Made by a program: the position numbers and the translations under genes. Positions 1 through 12,349 of a stretch of 64,000 nucleotides of DNA are shown piece after piece (within the stretch, counting starts at the first letter, position 1; each line of letters opens with the position of its first letter). Source of the DNA: Moniliella sp. 'wahieum' (lineage: Eukaryota); contig RSEE01000026.1 in NCBI GenBank assembly GCA_003971905.1, positions 62,001 through 126,000 on the forward strand, written 5' to 3'. A model generated the notes under the pieces. The model saw only the letters and a program-made list of their open reading frames with translations. It was not told the origin of the DNA and searched no databases.

Positions 1-703
1 AGATGGGGCCATGAGCGGCGCTTTGACATGATGCGCATGCGACATAAGCTTCTTTTGCCGGCGAACGAGCCAGGTGACGGGTGACTGTCATGCGTCCCCG
101 CGCAGGGGCATGGCCGAAGCGAAGGGGCGGTTATGGAGTAAGAGGCCAGACGGTGAGGCGTGGGTTGCAGCCCCAAATGGCTGTCGCCACAAGCGTCGGG
201 TCTCTGCCACCTGCCTCTTCAGCCCCACTCCGCTTATCCAGCCCATCTACCATCTTCCAATCCCGCCATTACCCAATTTTTCACACCCGCCCGGGTCATG
301 TGCGATGTCAAACCCAATCATGTCTTGTCTTGGCGCGTGGACAGTCACGATTATTCATTCATCGCCGCATCAGCCACGCTCTTGTTGTGCAAAATGGTCG
401 TCAATCTGCTGACGAATCTCTATATAGCTTTTGGTGGTAGCTCATATCGTGTGAAGAAGTATTCGTTGGAGATCCCGTGTACAACGAGAGGGACAGAGAA
501 CTGAATCATTGCTATAATCCCGCACTATCGAGTGGGTAGGCCAGGTGAGCGGGAAAGGGTGGGTGGGTGATGAGTGCGGTGGCGCTTTGTGTGTGATGGT
601 TTGGTCTGCACAAGGAGAGCCAATAAAGCGCGCATGGCCGGAGCGCATTTAAGCTATTTAAGCTTAATCGCGATCACCTCGGGTCGGTGGGGTGGGTGCC
701 TCG

Positions 704-731
704 CTTGAAGCATGAAGCTTGAAGCTTGAAG
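704..731. repeat. Tandem heptamer array of the xy-TNA-y'x' type (CTTGAAG)
   Basis: Reads CTTGAAG-CATGAAG-CTTGAAG-CTTGAAG, about 150 bp upstream of the P450 start. Confidence 0.85.
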
Positions 732-884
732 CTTGGCAAGGCCCCTCTCATTGTTTGACGTCTCATATGTAAGCCCTCTTTCACCACACCGCCCACCCCT
801 TCTGTCTCCGCGCCCCCCTCAACCACCACCTCGCATCTATCCCAGCCCCCCGAGTGCAGTGCCAACCCCCACACCGCACCCAGC

Positions 885-2830
885 ATGGACAGCATCCCAC
901 CTCACTGGGCTGCTCTTCCGCCTTCCCTTAGCCCCCGTGCTGGCTGCAGTGGCCGTCGGAGGCATCTTGACACTCCTGCTGCTCGTCCTGGTACCTGACC
1001 GTCCCATTGGGGCCCAGCGCCAGGCCAACATTGGTGTCGTGCCCGGCGGCTACCCTATCCTGGGCCATGTCGGCATGCTCTGGGACTCGATCCGGCTCAA
1101 GACCAGCGACCGGTTCCTTGATGACATCTGCGATGCACAGCGCGCCTTTGGTCCCGGGTTGCGCCCCTATGCTTTCCATCACCTTGCCATGGCGGGACGA
1201 CCATTGTCATCAACCGCCCGAGTATGTCATGCACTGCCAAGATAACAAGTATGGCAACTTCCCAACTACATTAAAGGCGCGAGCATTCAGCGTGCCATGT
1301 CCGATTTTCTTGCGCCCGAAGGGATCTTTGTTGCAGATGGCCAACCTTGGCGAACCAACGCAAGATCGCAGCCAACATAGTATGTCGCATCTCCCTCCCC
1401 CCTGTTGCGTGTGGACGCGTGGAGCAGCGCAGTGGGGATCGTCGATCATCGATCAAGGCGCAGTGGGGAGTGTAGTATTAACAGGTTTCTGCCTGTGTGA
1501 CGCACAGTTCTCGGCTTCGAATTTCCGCACCCACTTTCAAGAAAGCATTCATGCCCACCTGAAGAAAATGGAAGCGCTTATGTCCATCTGCGCCAAGGAG
1601 CGCATCGCCATCAACTTCCAGGACCTGATGTTCCGTTTTACCATGGACACATTATGGACATTGCGTTTGGTTCTTCATTGGGTCTTTCCGTACGTCTGTG
1701 CTGTCACTCCGAGCGGCATAAAGGGTCAACAAAACTAATCTTTACAAACGAATGTGCCTCTGATTGTATGACAGAACACCCCGATGGCCTCAACCATACT
1801 AAGCCGTTTGTAGTCGCTTTCGATCATTTGCAAGAGGTGGCAAGGACGAGGGCGCAAACGCCGGCTATTTTCTAAACTTCAGCGCTATACTTCAGAAAGG
1901 ACGAAAGACTTCGGCTGCAGTCGCCACCGTCCTTTCTATGGCCAACAAGCTCGTCATGGAACGCATCGACGCGCTGGCCAAGGCGGGCGAGGATTCTGTT
2001 GGCAAGGATGCGTCAACTAAGGGAGTCAAGGACAAGCATGGCAAGGACTTGCTCCAGCTTTTCCTAGACCTTGACTTGAACCCTGCGACGTTAAGCCAAG
2101 TGCTTCTAAACTATCATTGCCGGTCGTGACTCGACGGCCCAGACCGTGGCGTGGTTGATGCTTGAATGAAAGATCGGCCTGATGTGGTCCAGCAAGTTCG
2201 TAACGAAATGGAGGCCGTGTTAGGCGGTGGTGGTCCTGAGCAGCGTCTGGTTCAGTATGACGATATCAAAAACCTACCCTACATGCGAGCTGTAGTGTAC
2301 GAGTCAATCCGGTTGCATCCCGCCGTACCCCGCCAAGGTCGGTGGGCCTAGAAGAAGACGTGATGCGTCCCACCAGCCTTCCTGACGGAGCGTATAACCA
2401 GCTTCACCCCAACGGGCAAAAGTACGGAGGGACCGGTGCCGCGCGGACGCTGAGCCGCTTCCCGACATCTATGTGCGCAAGGGCACGACGGTGATGTGGA
2501 GTGATTACGCCATGGGCCGGAGCCCGGAGATTTGGGGGCCCGATGCGGCCGAGCCGAGTACGCCCCTCACGGTTTCTCAAGAGCGATGGCACGGCCAAGT
2601 CGTATTCGGCATACGTGTTCATGCGTTCAACGCGGGGCCGCGGTTGTGTTGGGCCAGACGTTGGCCACATTTGAAGCGATTGCCCTGTTGGCCATGATTT
2701 TGAGCCGCTTTGATTTGCACTATGACGAGGTGGCGTTGAAGAAGCACCCGCCCACGTATCGCATTTCCATTACGCTACCTATCAAAAACCCTGCCTACAC
2801 TGTCACCCAAGCCCACGGTCCAACTAGTCG
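885..2830 (+). CDS. Cytochrome P450, fatty-acid/alkane hydroxylase type (CYP52/CYP86-like motifs); multi-exon, frameshifted, ends approximate
   Basis: N-terminal TM helix followed by PGGYPILGH. I-helix VLLNY..AGRDSTAQ spans a frameshift near 2100-2145. K-helix ExxR is YESIRLHPAVP, followed by WGPDAAE. Heme loop HAFNAGPRLC-LGQTLATFEA spans a frameshift near 2650. Confidence 0.9.
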
Positions 2831-3620
2831 GTTCTCTCTCTCCGTCGCGAGCGACTTCACAGTTGCCATTTGCCCCTGGACACTAGATACGCAAAGAGAC
2901 ATGATCAACTTCGACCAGTTTCTGGTCAAATTTCTCTTGAATATCTTTTGTCACTTCCAACCTGACAAGAAAGCGCTTCACACCAAGTTTAGTTGTGCAT
3001 GATACGTACCCTTCGCATACTCAGAACCACAACTTCCCTTCTCCAAACAAGGTTGTTAAATACTCTGTGGTTGGGTGGGTGAATGATAAGGTGGGCAAGC
3101 ACAGAGAGGAAGGGCTGATGAAACGAGAAAAGGCAGCGTTGAGATTCGGAAGTGTGGTCCAGAGAAGAAAGTGTGCCCAAAAACAGGGTAAAACGAATTG
3201 AGGATATCGAGGGGGCGTCCCACCATGCAATGGACGAAGAGGAGCGAAGGTGCCAGAGTGCACCTATGAGGAGCGGTCTAAATCATTCCGATTGAGAGGG
3301 AACCAAGCACAGCGACCGAATTCGCGGGGGCGGACGGCAAGAAATGAGTTTATGAGAGGGATTGGGCAGTCAAGAACATCACAGTCGTGGGGAGAAGCGT
3401 GCGGGTCGTTGAAGAAAGGAAAAAAGAGGGAGAAGAGAAGGGAGTCGAAGCCCCCAGCCAAAGTCCACCCGGCAGTTAGATCTAAGTCGGGGGTGCGGGG
3501 GGGGCACGGGAGCGGGAGGAACGGGCTGGAGCGAGTTTGCAGCATGCCACCCCCGACCAGCTTCCGTCGAGGGACGGACCAAACCTCGGGCTGGGCGACG
3601 GGGAGCGGCCCAAGCCACGC

Positions 3621-5054
3621 TCAGCAGCCGACGTGCGGTTTGGTCGCGGTAGGCGAGTTCCTTGGCCAGCAGCGCGGCGCCTTGGTGGCCCGGACCGAGA
3701 CAGACGAATCGTTCCACCCTGCTGCCAGCAGGCTCTCGATCGAGGAGAGCCAATGGACCGGCCGAGCCAGCGCGTTTTGCAAGTCGAGGCGAACGTCGCG
3801 TTGCGTGTCGAGCCATTCGCTGCTAAGGGGCTGAGGATGCGGGGGCGCTGCGGCGGGCCGAGGGGTAAGTTGGACACGGCCGAGCGAACGGTTTGGGCTG
3901 CGCCCTTCATTTCTGTGGTATGGTACGGTCCGAGGTGGGCAGCGTGGCCGCTTCGGTTGCCCATCCTCGTTGACCCAAGCGCTGCGTGACGTACTGCACA
4001 GCCCTCTCTGTACCAGCCAGCACAACCTCGAGCGAAGAATTGATGCTGGCCACTGGGCGTATTCGTCCGGTGCGATACCGTGCACGAGACCATCGCGAAT
4101 GTCGGCCGCGGCCAACTCGACTTCCATCTGCGCCGAAAACAGATCGCCCGGCTTGAGTGCCACGTGCACATGAGCGAGCGACGGTATCCGGCCTCGGCGT
4201 TGCTCACTGGACCCGCGTTGAACCCCCACGTATCATACACACTCTGTGGAAGCGCCGTGCCAGGGGGGTGAAAACGGGGTGGGCACGTAGATGCAAGCTG
4301 GACGCCAGGCCATAGTGCCGCAAACAGCCGAACGCCATCGGTAAACTCCAACGCGCCCGACGCAACGAGGGAGGGGAGGCTGCCCACCAAGCCGTGACCA
4401 AGCACCGCATCAACATGATCCCGAACCAAGTCGACCGCAAACTCGGAGGAGCGCAACACTTGTAGGAACGACATGGTCGCCGTAAAGATTGCAGGCCATG
4501 CGTTCTCGGCGCGGGTCAGGTGAGCAGGTCGCCTTGAAAGACAGTTTTGCGGAACCGATCCGGTTTCGCAGCCCAGCATCCTGTTGACGCATAGGATCGG
4601 GCGGGAAGCGGTAGTGGCCAGGGCAGACTCAAATGCGGCACGCTGGGTGAGGAGCGAGATGCTCGGGCAGGGTCGCCGGTCGGTCGTTGGGATCAAACGA
4701 GCGCTGGAGCGCTTCCTCTGCATCGAGCCACACTTGTTCGGCGCAGAAAAGTGCGAGCAAGGTTGTGGCCATACCAACGTACTGCGATCCCTGTCCGGCA
4801 AAACAAGTGCCGTCCGCTTACGCGACGGATTGACGGATCGGTCCCAGTCACCGCAGAGACTGGCGCAGCAGACGAGGACGACAAGGAAGAGTTCTGTGCA
4901 AACGGCTGCCCGCGAGGGACGACATGGACCGCGGCGTAGAAAGCAGGGAGGGCGCGTGCAACGGCCGCCTGCAAGCCATGTCCCTTCGGCCACAAGGGAA
5001 GCAATGAGCGGGTTGTGAACACGGAAGGCGGCAGGCAAGGCGGGGGGCAAACAT
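3621..5054 (-). CDS. Hypothetical protein (frameshifted)
   Basis: Overlapping minus-strand ORFs with protein-like segments (MSFLQVLRSSEFAVDLVRDHVDAVLG...; EVELAAADIRDGLVHGIAPDEYAQW...). ATG at 5054. No family recognised. Confidence 0.35.
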
Positions 5055-7066
5055 GAGTAGGGCTAGGGGGGGTAATTGACGCGATGGGAGGCTCTCGCAG
5101 TTACGGTAGATGAGTGTGGAACGCTAGTGTGAGCAGAGAGAGGGTGTGGATGAGAGGCGAGATGGTGGGGTGAGGAATGCAGGGGACAGTAAATCGGCAG
5201 CGGCGCCAAAGCCAGGGATGGCGGGCTAAATTGCTATGGACTGTGCTATTATTGGGTTGGGCGCAGTCGGTGCGCAAGCGGCCAGTTGATCGTGGCTTCA
5301 AGAGCAAAGAGTCGATGAGCGGGCAACGTTTGGCGAACAATACTGATCATCTTGGCCTCAATCGTCCAACCTCGCTCTTGGAGAGTATATAGACTTCCGT
5401 CGGCTCCGACCATTCAGACCATTCACTGGCGACTAGTGAGAGCGCCTGGCTAAAACGTTGGGCGCAGCGCCTGTTCATTTATGCGCACATTGTTCGCTCT
5501 TAGCTCCGCACATCTCAGTATTGCGACTGCGCCCTCACCCCCTGGCGACCGTGTGGGCGGCACTGTGTGGGTTTCCGTGGGCCACGAGCGTTGGCGCGGC
5601 GCACCGAGTGGCCGTGCGGGGAGCAATAATAAAAGGCACCGCGCTAGTTGTCGGAACTTTGGCTGCCTTGAAGCTGAACGCTTGAAGCTTGATCCAAAAT
5701 CCCATCTACGCCACCCCTGGGCAGGGGACCCCCCCGCCCTGCTGCTACGTATTGGGGCGCGCCCCACTCGGCGCTCCTCTGCGCCCCCAGCTCCTGCGCA
5801 CCCGTCTCAAAAGGAGCTCTTGCAATACGGTCAATAGGCGCAGGTGCTTCCCCTGTGTTTTCACCCTAGTTGTAGGGCCTCATCCGCCAATCATCGCAGG
5901 ATGCGTTTGCCAACTACAGATCGTTATCTCCACCATACGCGTTTGTAGCGTCCTTCTTCCTACTATCTGGCACGTGCACCATGCTCCACTCGTCCCCTCT
6001 GCCCGCCCTAAGCGCTAAGCGAGGCCACGCATCGGGCGCTGATGACGCACGTGTGCTACGGCAGGCTCAGCCAGGCCCACCAGGGTTGTGAGTTGTTGTT
6101 GGTGGAGTTGGGCAGTGGCTGGGGTTAGAGAAGAGGTTGTATGGTTTGTCTCCCAGTCCACCTAAGGCAATCTACCTCTCCGCCCAAACCGCCGCTCCGC
6201 AACACGACACGACATGCGCAGCTGCCAGTGTTCCGAGCCGTGTCATTCGCGGGCCGAGCCGGGTGGACCAGCGCAACGTGGAGAAGAGAGGCGAGGCGAG
6301 GAAGAATGCACGAGACAAAACAAAAGCCGACTATGGCAGAACGAGTGTGGATTGAAAGACACGGGCTAGCAACCGCACACTAGACTATACACTGCACTGC
6401 ACTGTACTGTCCTAGCCGTCCCGGGTCCCGAGGCGCCTTGTCGTTTATCACGATCACATCACGTTGATCCGTTCGTCGGGAGGCGGGTGAGGCCGAGGTC
6501 AGATAGGCAGGCGCACTAGCCCCATGACGCCAGCACGGAGTGGCGGTGGGCGCGCACCGGCCTACGCTGCGGCATAGGAGCGTCGAAGGCAAAAGGGGAA
6601 AGGCCAAGTCCGTGGAGGGGGGAGGGAAGGAAAGGAAAGGAAAGGGGTAGAGGAGTGGTCCGTAGGGAGAGAAGAATTATGGTGTCCATGGGGGAGGTGG
6701 TAGTGTCCAATTCGTGGGGGTGCGGTGGGTTCCGAGCCCGAGCCCGCCAACGTGCAAAAGGAAAGTGGGGATCCCACGACCGTTGTTCGTAGGGGCAAGA
6801 GGTAAGAGGGGAGAGGGGAGAAAGTGTCTTCGTCGGTCCATGGAACAGGAGGCAAGAGAAGCTGAAAACACACAAGATATAGGAATACAGTACCGAGCCG
6901 AGCGCAGACGGGAAACGAAACCAGCAAACAGGCAAAAAAAAAGCGAAGAAAACAGTCCGTACAGCACGGTCGGCCAGAGGGCCGGCGACGTGCTGGATGA
7001 TAAAAAGGGATCAGGAGGGGGAGGGGAAGAGAGCGGGTGCGGTGCGGGCGCGGATGCGGAGCGCGG

Positions 7067-8988
7067 TCAAGTCTTGGGGTCATCGGGTCCCGATGGTGGC
7101 GAGTGGCTGTCCAAGCGTTTGGACGAGGCCAAGGGACCCTTTTGGGAGCGGATCCGTACCGCCAACCGGAACCCGGAGCGGGCCGAGTCGAGAAGATCCT
7201 TACAGACATGTTCGACGTGTTCGCGTTGGAGTACGCCGGCGCAAACGCCGTACGCTTCCGGGTGGTCCGAAACCAGTTCCATCCCGTGCTCCATCAACTT
7301 GTCCATCAACGACGCATTGCTCGAGTAAAAATTCCGCGAGGAAAAATCGAGGTTGTACACTTTCCTCTTCTCCAGCGGCCGTGGCATGCGGCCCTGAACG
7401 CCAGGTACCATTCGCTCCACCCATTCCCCAGCCGGCGGCTGCTCGGTCAACTGACGAAACTCGGTTACGCCCAAGTAAAAGTACAGGCGGGGGCGGAGAT
7501 CCAACTAGACGAGAGGAAGGAAAGGGGGCGAGGGGAGAGGGTGAGTTGGTGCGACGCCAAAAGCAGGAGAAAGGGGTAGGCAACGACAGAGGGGGACATA
7601 CCAAGAGTTTGCGGTTGCGAAAGCGTTTGTCCGATTCGGGATAAACGTCATGAGGCCTTCCTCGTTGAGCAGTCCGGGAGGTAGGTGGCCGAGTTGTTGG
7701 GATCGAACGCGACGGGGCCAGGGTGGCGGGCGAGAAAGGAGTGGGCGAGTCGCATGGTACTTGCACTGGAAGTGGATAGGGACCGAAGCTCTGCCAGTCC
7801 CTCCAGTCGCGCCCGTTTGGTCGCAGGATGTACCAACCCGTCCGAGGAGAGGGGGCGTTTGGTCGTAGCCAGGCTGGTCTCGGGCAAATAGGCTGGACCG
7901 GCTGGACCGGCTGGACCGGCTGGACCGGCTGGACCAGCAGCCAATCCGCTCGGTCCGGGCGCAGCAAACGGGTACATGGGCGTAGCCAGCGTCGGCATCG
8001 CAGCCGATCCTGGCACGCCGGATCCCCAGCTGACCGGCGTAGAGAGGGCCATGCCGAGCGGAGGCATTCGCACCGTGCTGACACCCGGACGGGACAAGAC
8101 GGGCCACATGTCGACTGTGCCAGCAAGGTGAGGCGCCGAAGGCGCCGAGGGAGGGAGGTTGAGACCCATCGACGGCGCTAGTCCTGCAGGGACCAGGGGG
8201 GACTCGGCCACGCTGGCAGCCGAGGAACGGCACGAGCCCACGTGGGCCAAGCCCAACGGAGTCGGCAGCGGCGCGTCGGTCATGCCTGCGGGAAAAGACA
8301 TGGATTCTGCATGGCTCAACTGATCGGCAGCTGGCGCAGACCACGAGGCTTGGGCAGGCAGCAGATCCGACTCGGTTGACGTCGAGGGGGGCAACGGACT
8401 CAAGCCCATCATGTTGCACTCAACGCCAAGGGAGGCATTAACGGTCCCTACTGGGGTGGGGGTGGGGCCAGAGCAGACGTCGCGCGGCAGGCTGGGATCG
8501 GGCGAAAGAGGCTCCTCTGCCAGGAGGCCCCCGGACAAGACAGGAGTCGTGCGGCTGTGGGAGACTGGCTCGACAGTGGCAGGAGAAAAGAGGGCAGGAG
8601 ACCCACTCGGGTTCGCCATGGCATGTTGCTCGGATGACGAGCCCAGTCCTGTCTCCTTGAGCGTCTGGAGCTGCTGCGAGTTGGCCTTGAGGCGGGTCGA
8701 CAGGCTCAGCACGCGCTGTTCCACCGAGTCTTTGGGAGACGCGGGCTTGCGGCTGGCCGCGTCGATGGCATTGGCACTGGGGGGGCGCTTCGAGGCGACC
8801 GACTGGGTCAAATCCTCGACAAACTCCAACGCTTGCTCGGCCAGGTTGACCACTTCGGACGTGAAGCGCACGTTGAGGCCAAAGGCATCCTTGGACACGG
8901 GCATCGTTGGGGGCGGAACGGTAGCAGCGGGCGCGACCACGTCGGGGCTGGAGGTCGAGGTGGGTGTGACAGGCGAGTCGTAGAGCAC
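7067..8988 (-). CDS. Hypothetical protein: S/P/A-rich N-terminus plus a globular C-terminal domain in exon 2
   Basis: 446-aa ORF from ATG 8988, with a frameshift near 7690 into ...HDVYPESDKRFRNRKL. GTATGT...CTAG intron at about 7601-7505. Second exon LDLRPRLYFYLG...DSARSGFRLAVR...DPKT*. Confidence 0.6.
7891..7935. repeat. 9-bp tandem repeat (GGCTGGACC)x5, coding (GPA)5 on the minus strand
   Basis: Five exact copies read directly. Confidence 0.95.
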
Positions 8989-10299
8989 GGCCGGGGACGA
9001 GGCGTTGGCTAGCGACGGCCAGAAGGGAGTGAGGCGCTGTGCACAGAGGGGTCGAGCAAGAGGCGGGTGGACAGGCCAGAGGGGTCGGCAGCCGGCTTGG
9101 CCAGACCGGCAGAAGGCAGAGGCATGGGTTGGGGCGGGAGCGAATGGGCGTAGAGCCGTTCTGCGGCGATCGAGGTATGGCTGGCAGTGCTGGTGTGGAC
9201 GGGGGCGGCGAAGGACGGGTGGTGCTGGGCAAGGTCGCTGTCATGTCGCAAGACGACGCACCGCACGCGGGAGGGGGGAGGGGGGGGGAGAGAGTGGGGG
9301 GGGGGAGGGGGAGGGAACGGAGACGGGGGACCGTAGGCGTGGCGGGGCAAAAGAGGGGCGACGGGTGGGATGGATGGATGGGATGCTAGCAAGCGAGGCG
9401 GGGCAATGAATGAATGGCTGGACGACGGCAGAAAGGACGGGGGAGAGGGCGGGAGAAGCGGAGGAAGCGCCGTGGGTCTTGGAGCGTGGCGCCTCACTCG
9501 GGCCTCAAGCGTGAAGGATGCAGCCGAAGGGTGAAGGTGAAGCTAGCGTGCAGGAAGCGTAAATAACGCCAAACGCTAGGTTTGGCCACCTCCCGTTCAA
9601 GTCTGCCGCTGGTACTGACGGGGTATGCCGAGGGGGGAGACGGGCCTGGACGTCCAGTTCGAGTTGGACGCAAACGTGCATCCTCGGCACACTCAACCGT
9701 CGGCGAAGGCGACGGGAATTGAGCCGGCGTGCGGTTGGAGGCAGAGGCGCGCGCTGTCTAATAGCAATAGCAGCAGCGCTGGCCCTCCTGCCGACGCCCA
9801 GGACGGCTGACAAGGTGTCTTCCCTTGGCACGCAGCCAGCGGCCGCGGCCTCCGATACTATGTCTGTTCCCACCATCATCCATCCGTAACTCAGTTGCCC
9901 AGTAAGTACGACTGACTCAGTGCATCAGCCACTCGCGCCAGCCCACCCGCATCCTGTGCATCAGCCACCCGCCAGCCCGCCGTCCGCGCCGTCAAATTTC
10001 AAACCCGACAGATCCGAGCTCCCAGCGTCTCCCCTCTCCTGCCTCTCGCTACCACGTCCAAGCAGACGACTTGCCCCACGGTTTCTTTTGATCGTTCTCA
10101 GCAGACGCGGGGTGCGCGCGCGCTGCATTGTACGGCATGTCTTGGCGCCTGGAAAATAAAGAAAAAGCCGTTTTGCATCGCGTTTCCCGAGGCCATATCC
10201 TGTGTTCCAACCAGCACTGGAACGGAGGAGGAGGGTCAGGCTCTGACTCCTGACCAATGGATGGATCGGTTGATGAGAATCAGGGGTCGGTGATCGGGG

Positions 10300-12345
10300 T
10301 GATGGAGTGGGTGAGATCTGAGATGGCGGCCAGGGTGGCGTTTGTCCGGCTCCCGGTTAGAACGTAGCGCTGATAGTCGATAGCTGTACATGATGCATGA
10401 TAGCTGGGTGGCGCGTGGCCGGTAGGGTTACTGGAGGCGCTTCTTGCCTGTTGAGGATGCTCACCGGTCACCGGTCGCTATTCAATGGGGCCCCTGCCGG
10501 CCTGCACCGCCCCAGATCAGCCATTGCCGATCCGATCATCGATAGGTGCGCCACCAGCAGCCTCTAGCTCGTCACCGGCCTCACCCGTCACCCGTCACCG
10601 GTCACTCGTCACACTAGTCACCAGTCAAGCTTCAGGCTAGTCACCAATCGTTGCTAGTTAAGCGAGTTAGCTACTCGCACTCATTCGATTCATGGAACGT
10701 TGAACGTTTATGAACGTTTCTATCATCCTTCTTCCGCCACCATCCGCCACCGTCCGCCCCTTACCAAACACGGCCGACGGCCGTTTGGCTGCCCCAGGCT
10801 GCCCCTGGAGCACCACATCGGCTTGCCCCCCTCATGCATCAGGGACTCCAAGCGTCGGATCCCAGATGCTGGGGAGGACGGGGGGCTAGCGACCTAGCGC
10901 CCGGCCAGTGTGCAGGTAGGTTGTGCCGGGCGTGGATTCAATCAATCGTTGTGCAGTGGGGTCGAGATTGTGATGCATGGATGACGCTGTCGATGATCGC
11001 GCTGACTGTGCTGACTAGATGACTGTGTGCTCAGCTGAGCCTCGGCGCGCTCACACGCTCACCGACCTCACCCTGGCTCGCGCTCACCCTGACTCACACC
11101 CCCTCGGATCTTGAAGCTTGATCTCGATCAATGTTCCATGGTGTAACAGAGGTCGTTGCCAGCTGCCACTGCCACTCTGAACTCTGAACACGGGGCCCCT
11201 GAAAACGTTAAACGTTGAAAAGTACGTCAAACGTTGAACGTGTTGAACGTTGAGTGTTGAGTACGTTGAGTTGTTGAATGAGTAGTTGAACGTGGCTGCC
11301 GAATCGGCCATGCCTAGTGTTTAGCTAAGGCCCATGCGCCCTGGGCAGGCAGCGCTCTGGTAGGCGCGTACCTGCGGTAGGGGCGGTGCGGGTGGTGGCT
11401 GTGACCTCCACCTCAGCACCTTGCATCATGCATCATGCGTCATGCGTCAGACGCTTGAGCCTTGAAGCTTGAAGCTTGAACCTTCAAAGCTCCAGGCTGC
11501 CAGCTACGGCTTACGTCACGGGGGGTACCATGCTCCGCACCACTCGCCCTTTTCGCCCCATCAACTAACTATTGATCCTACGCGCTTGGTCGTCGGCGTC
11601 GGATCGACGCATGGATCACTGATCGCTGGGAGGCGGGACCTCTCAGATCTCATCGATCCCCACTCTCAGATCTCAACTCTCACTCTCAACGTTCTCACAT
11701 CTCTCAGCCTGAGGCGTGCGGATGGCCGTCCCCCGCGGTCGGCTCTTGGTCGCGCTGTTGCTGGCGTCGCGTGGACATTGGCCATCCCGCACCTTGCCCC
11801 CCCCCCCACACACACCCCGTAAGATCTGTGATGCAGCGCCGGCGTGCTGCCGCCGGTTCCGCCTTGGTGGTAGACAGTGGAGCAGCACATGCACCGCCAC
11901 GGGGGAAGCCAGGGAGAGAGTCTCGAGAGCCCGCCTCATCCTGTGTGAGATGGTTCTCAGGCTGTGATGCATGTGTGGTGATGCTCATGACCGCATGCGC
12001 ATGACCATCATCGACATCATCCGCGTGATCTTTCAAATTCAAAAGCAGTACGAGGATGCGGTAAGTGAATCGCCGGCTACTCTTCTCCTCACGAGGTGGA
12101 ACCGTGTGTGGTCCCTCCGGTTACCTGTTATTACCAGCCTGCGCGTAGGGGGAAGACGAAGCCCATGTTGTGATGCGCGAACGAACACTTGGTCGTTTTT
12201 TTAGGAAACCTCTAACTATATTCGTGTTTGAGTACTGAGTACTGAGAGTGTGGTAGGGGAGAGTACACAGTGTGAGTACACTGAGTCTCAGTACTGACGG
12301 CTGCATTTCCACATCTGTGTACAGAGTAACTGAGCACTAAGCACC
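10300..12345. repeat. Intergenic cluster of xy-TNA-y'x' heptamer stutters
   Basis: GGTCACC (10466), GTTGAAC units (10699, 11232-11251), CATCATG x2 (11424-11437), CTTGAAG x2 (11461-11474), TCTCAGA (11641, 11664), ACTGAGT (12234). Confidence 0.75.
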
Positions 12346-12349
12346 GACC

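Noticed and set aside
885..5054. Glycolipid or secondary-metabolite cluster around the P450
   Set aside because: No synthase, glycosyltransferase, acyltransferase or transporter is nearby in this window; the left flank is not visible.
7891..7935. Collagen domain from (GPA)5
   Set aside because: Only five identical 9-bp units; a simple slippage expansion.
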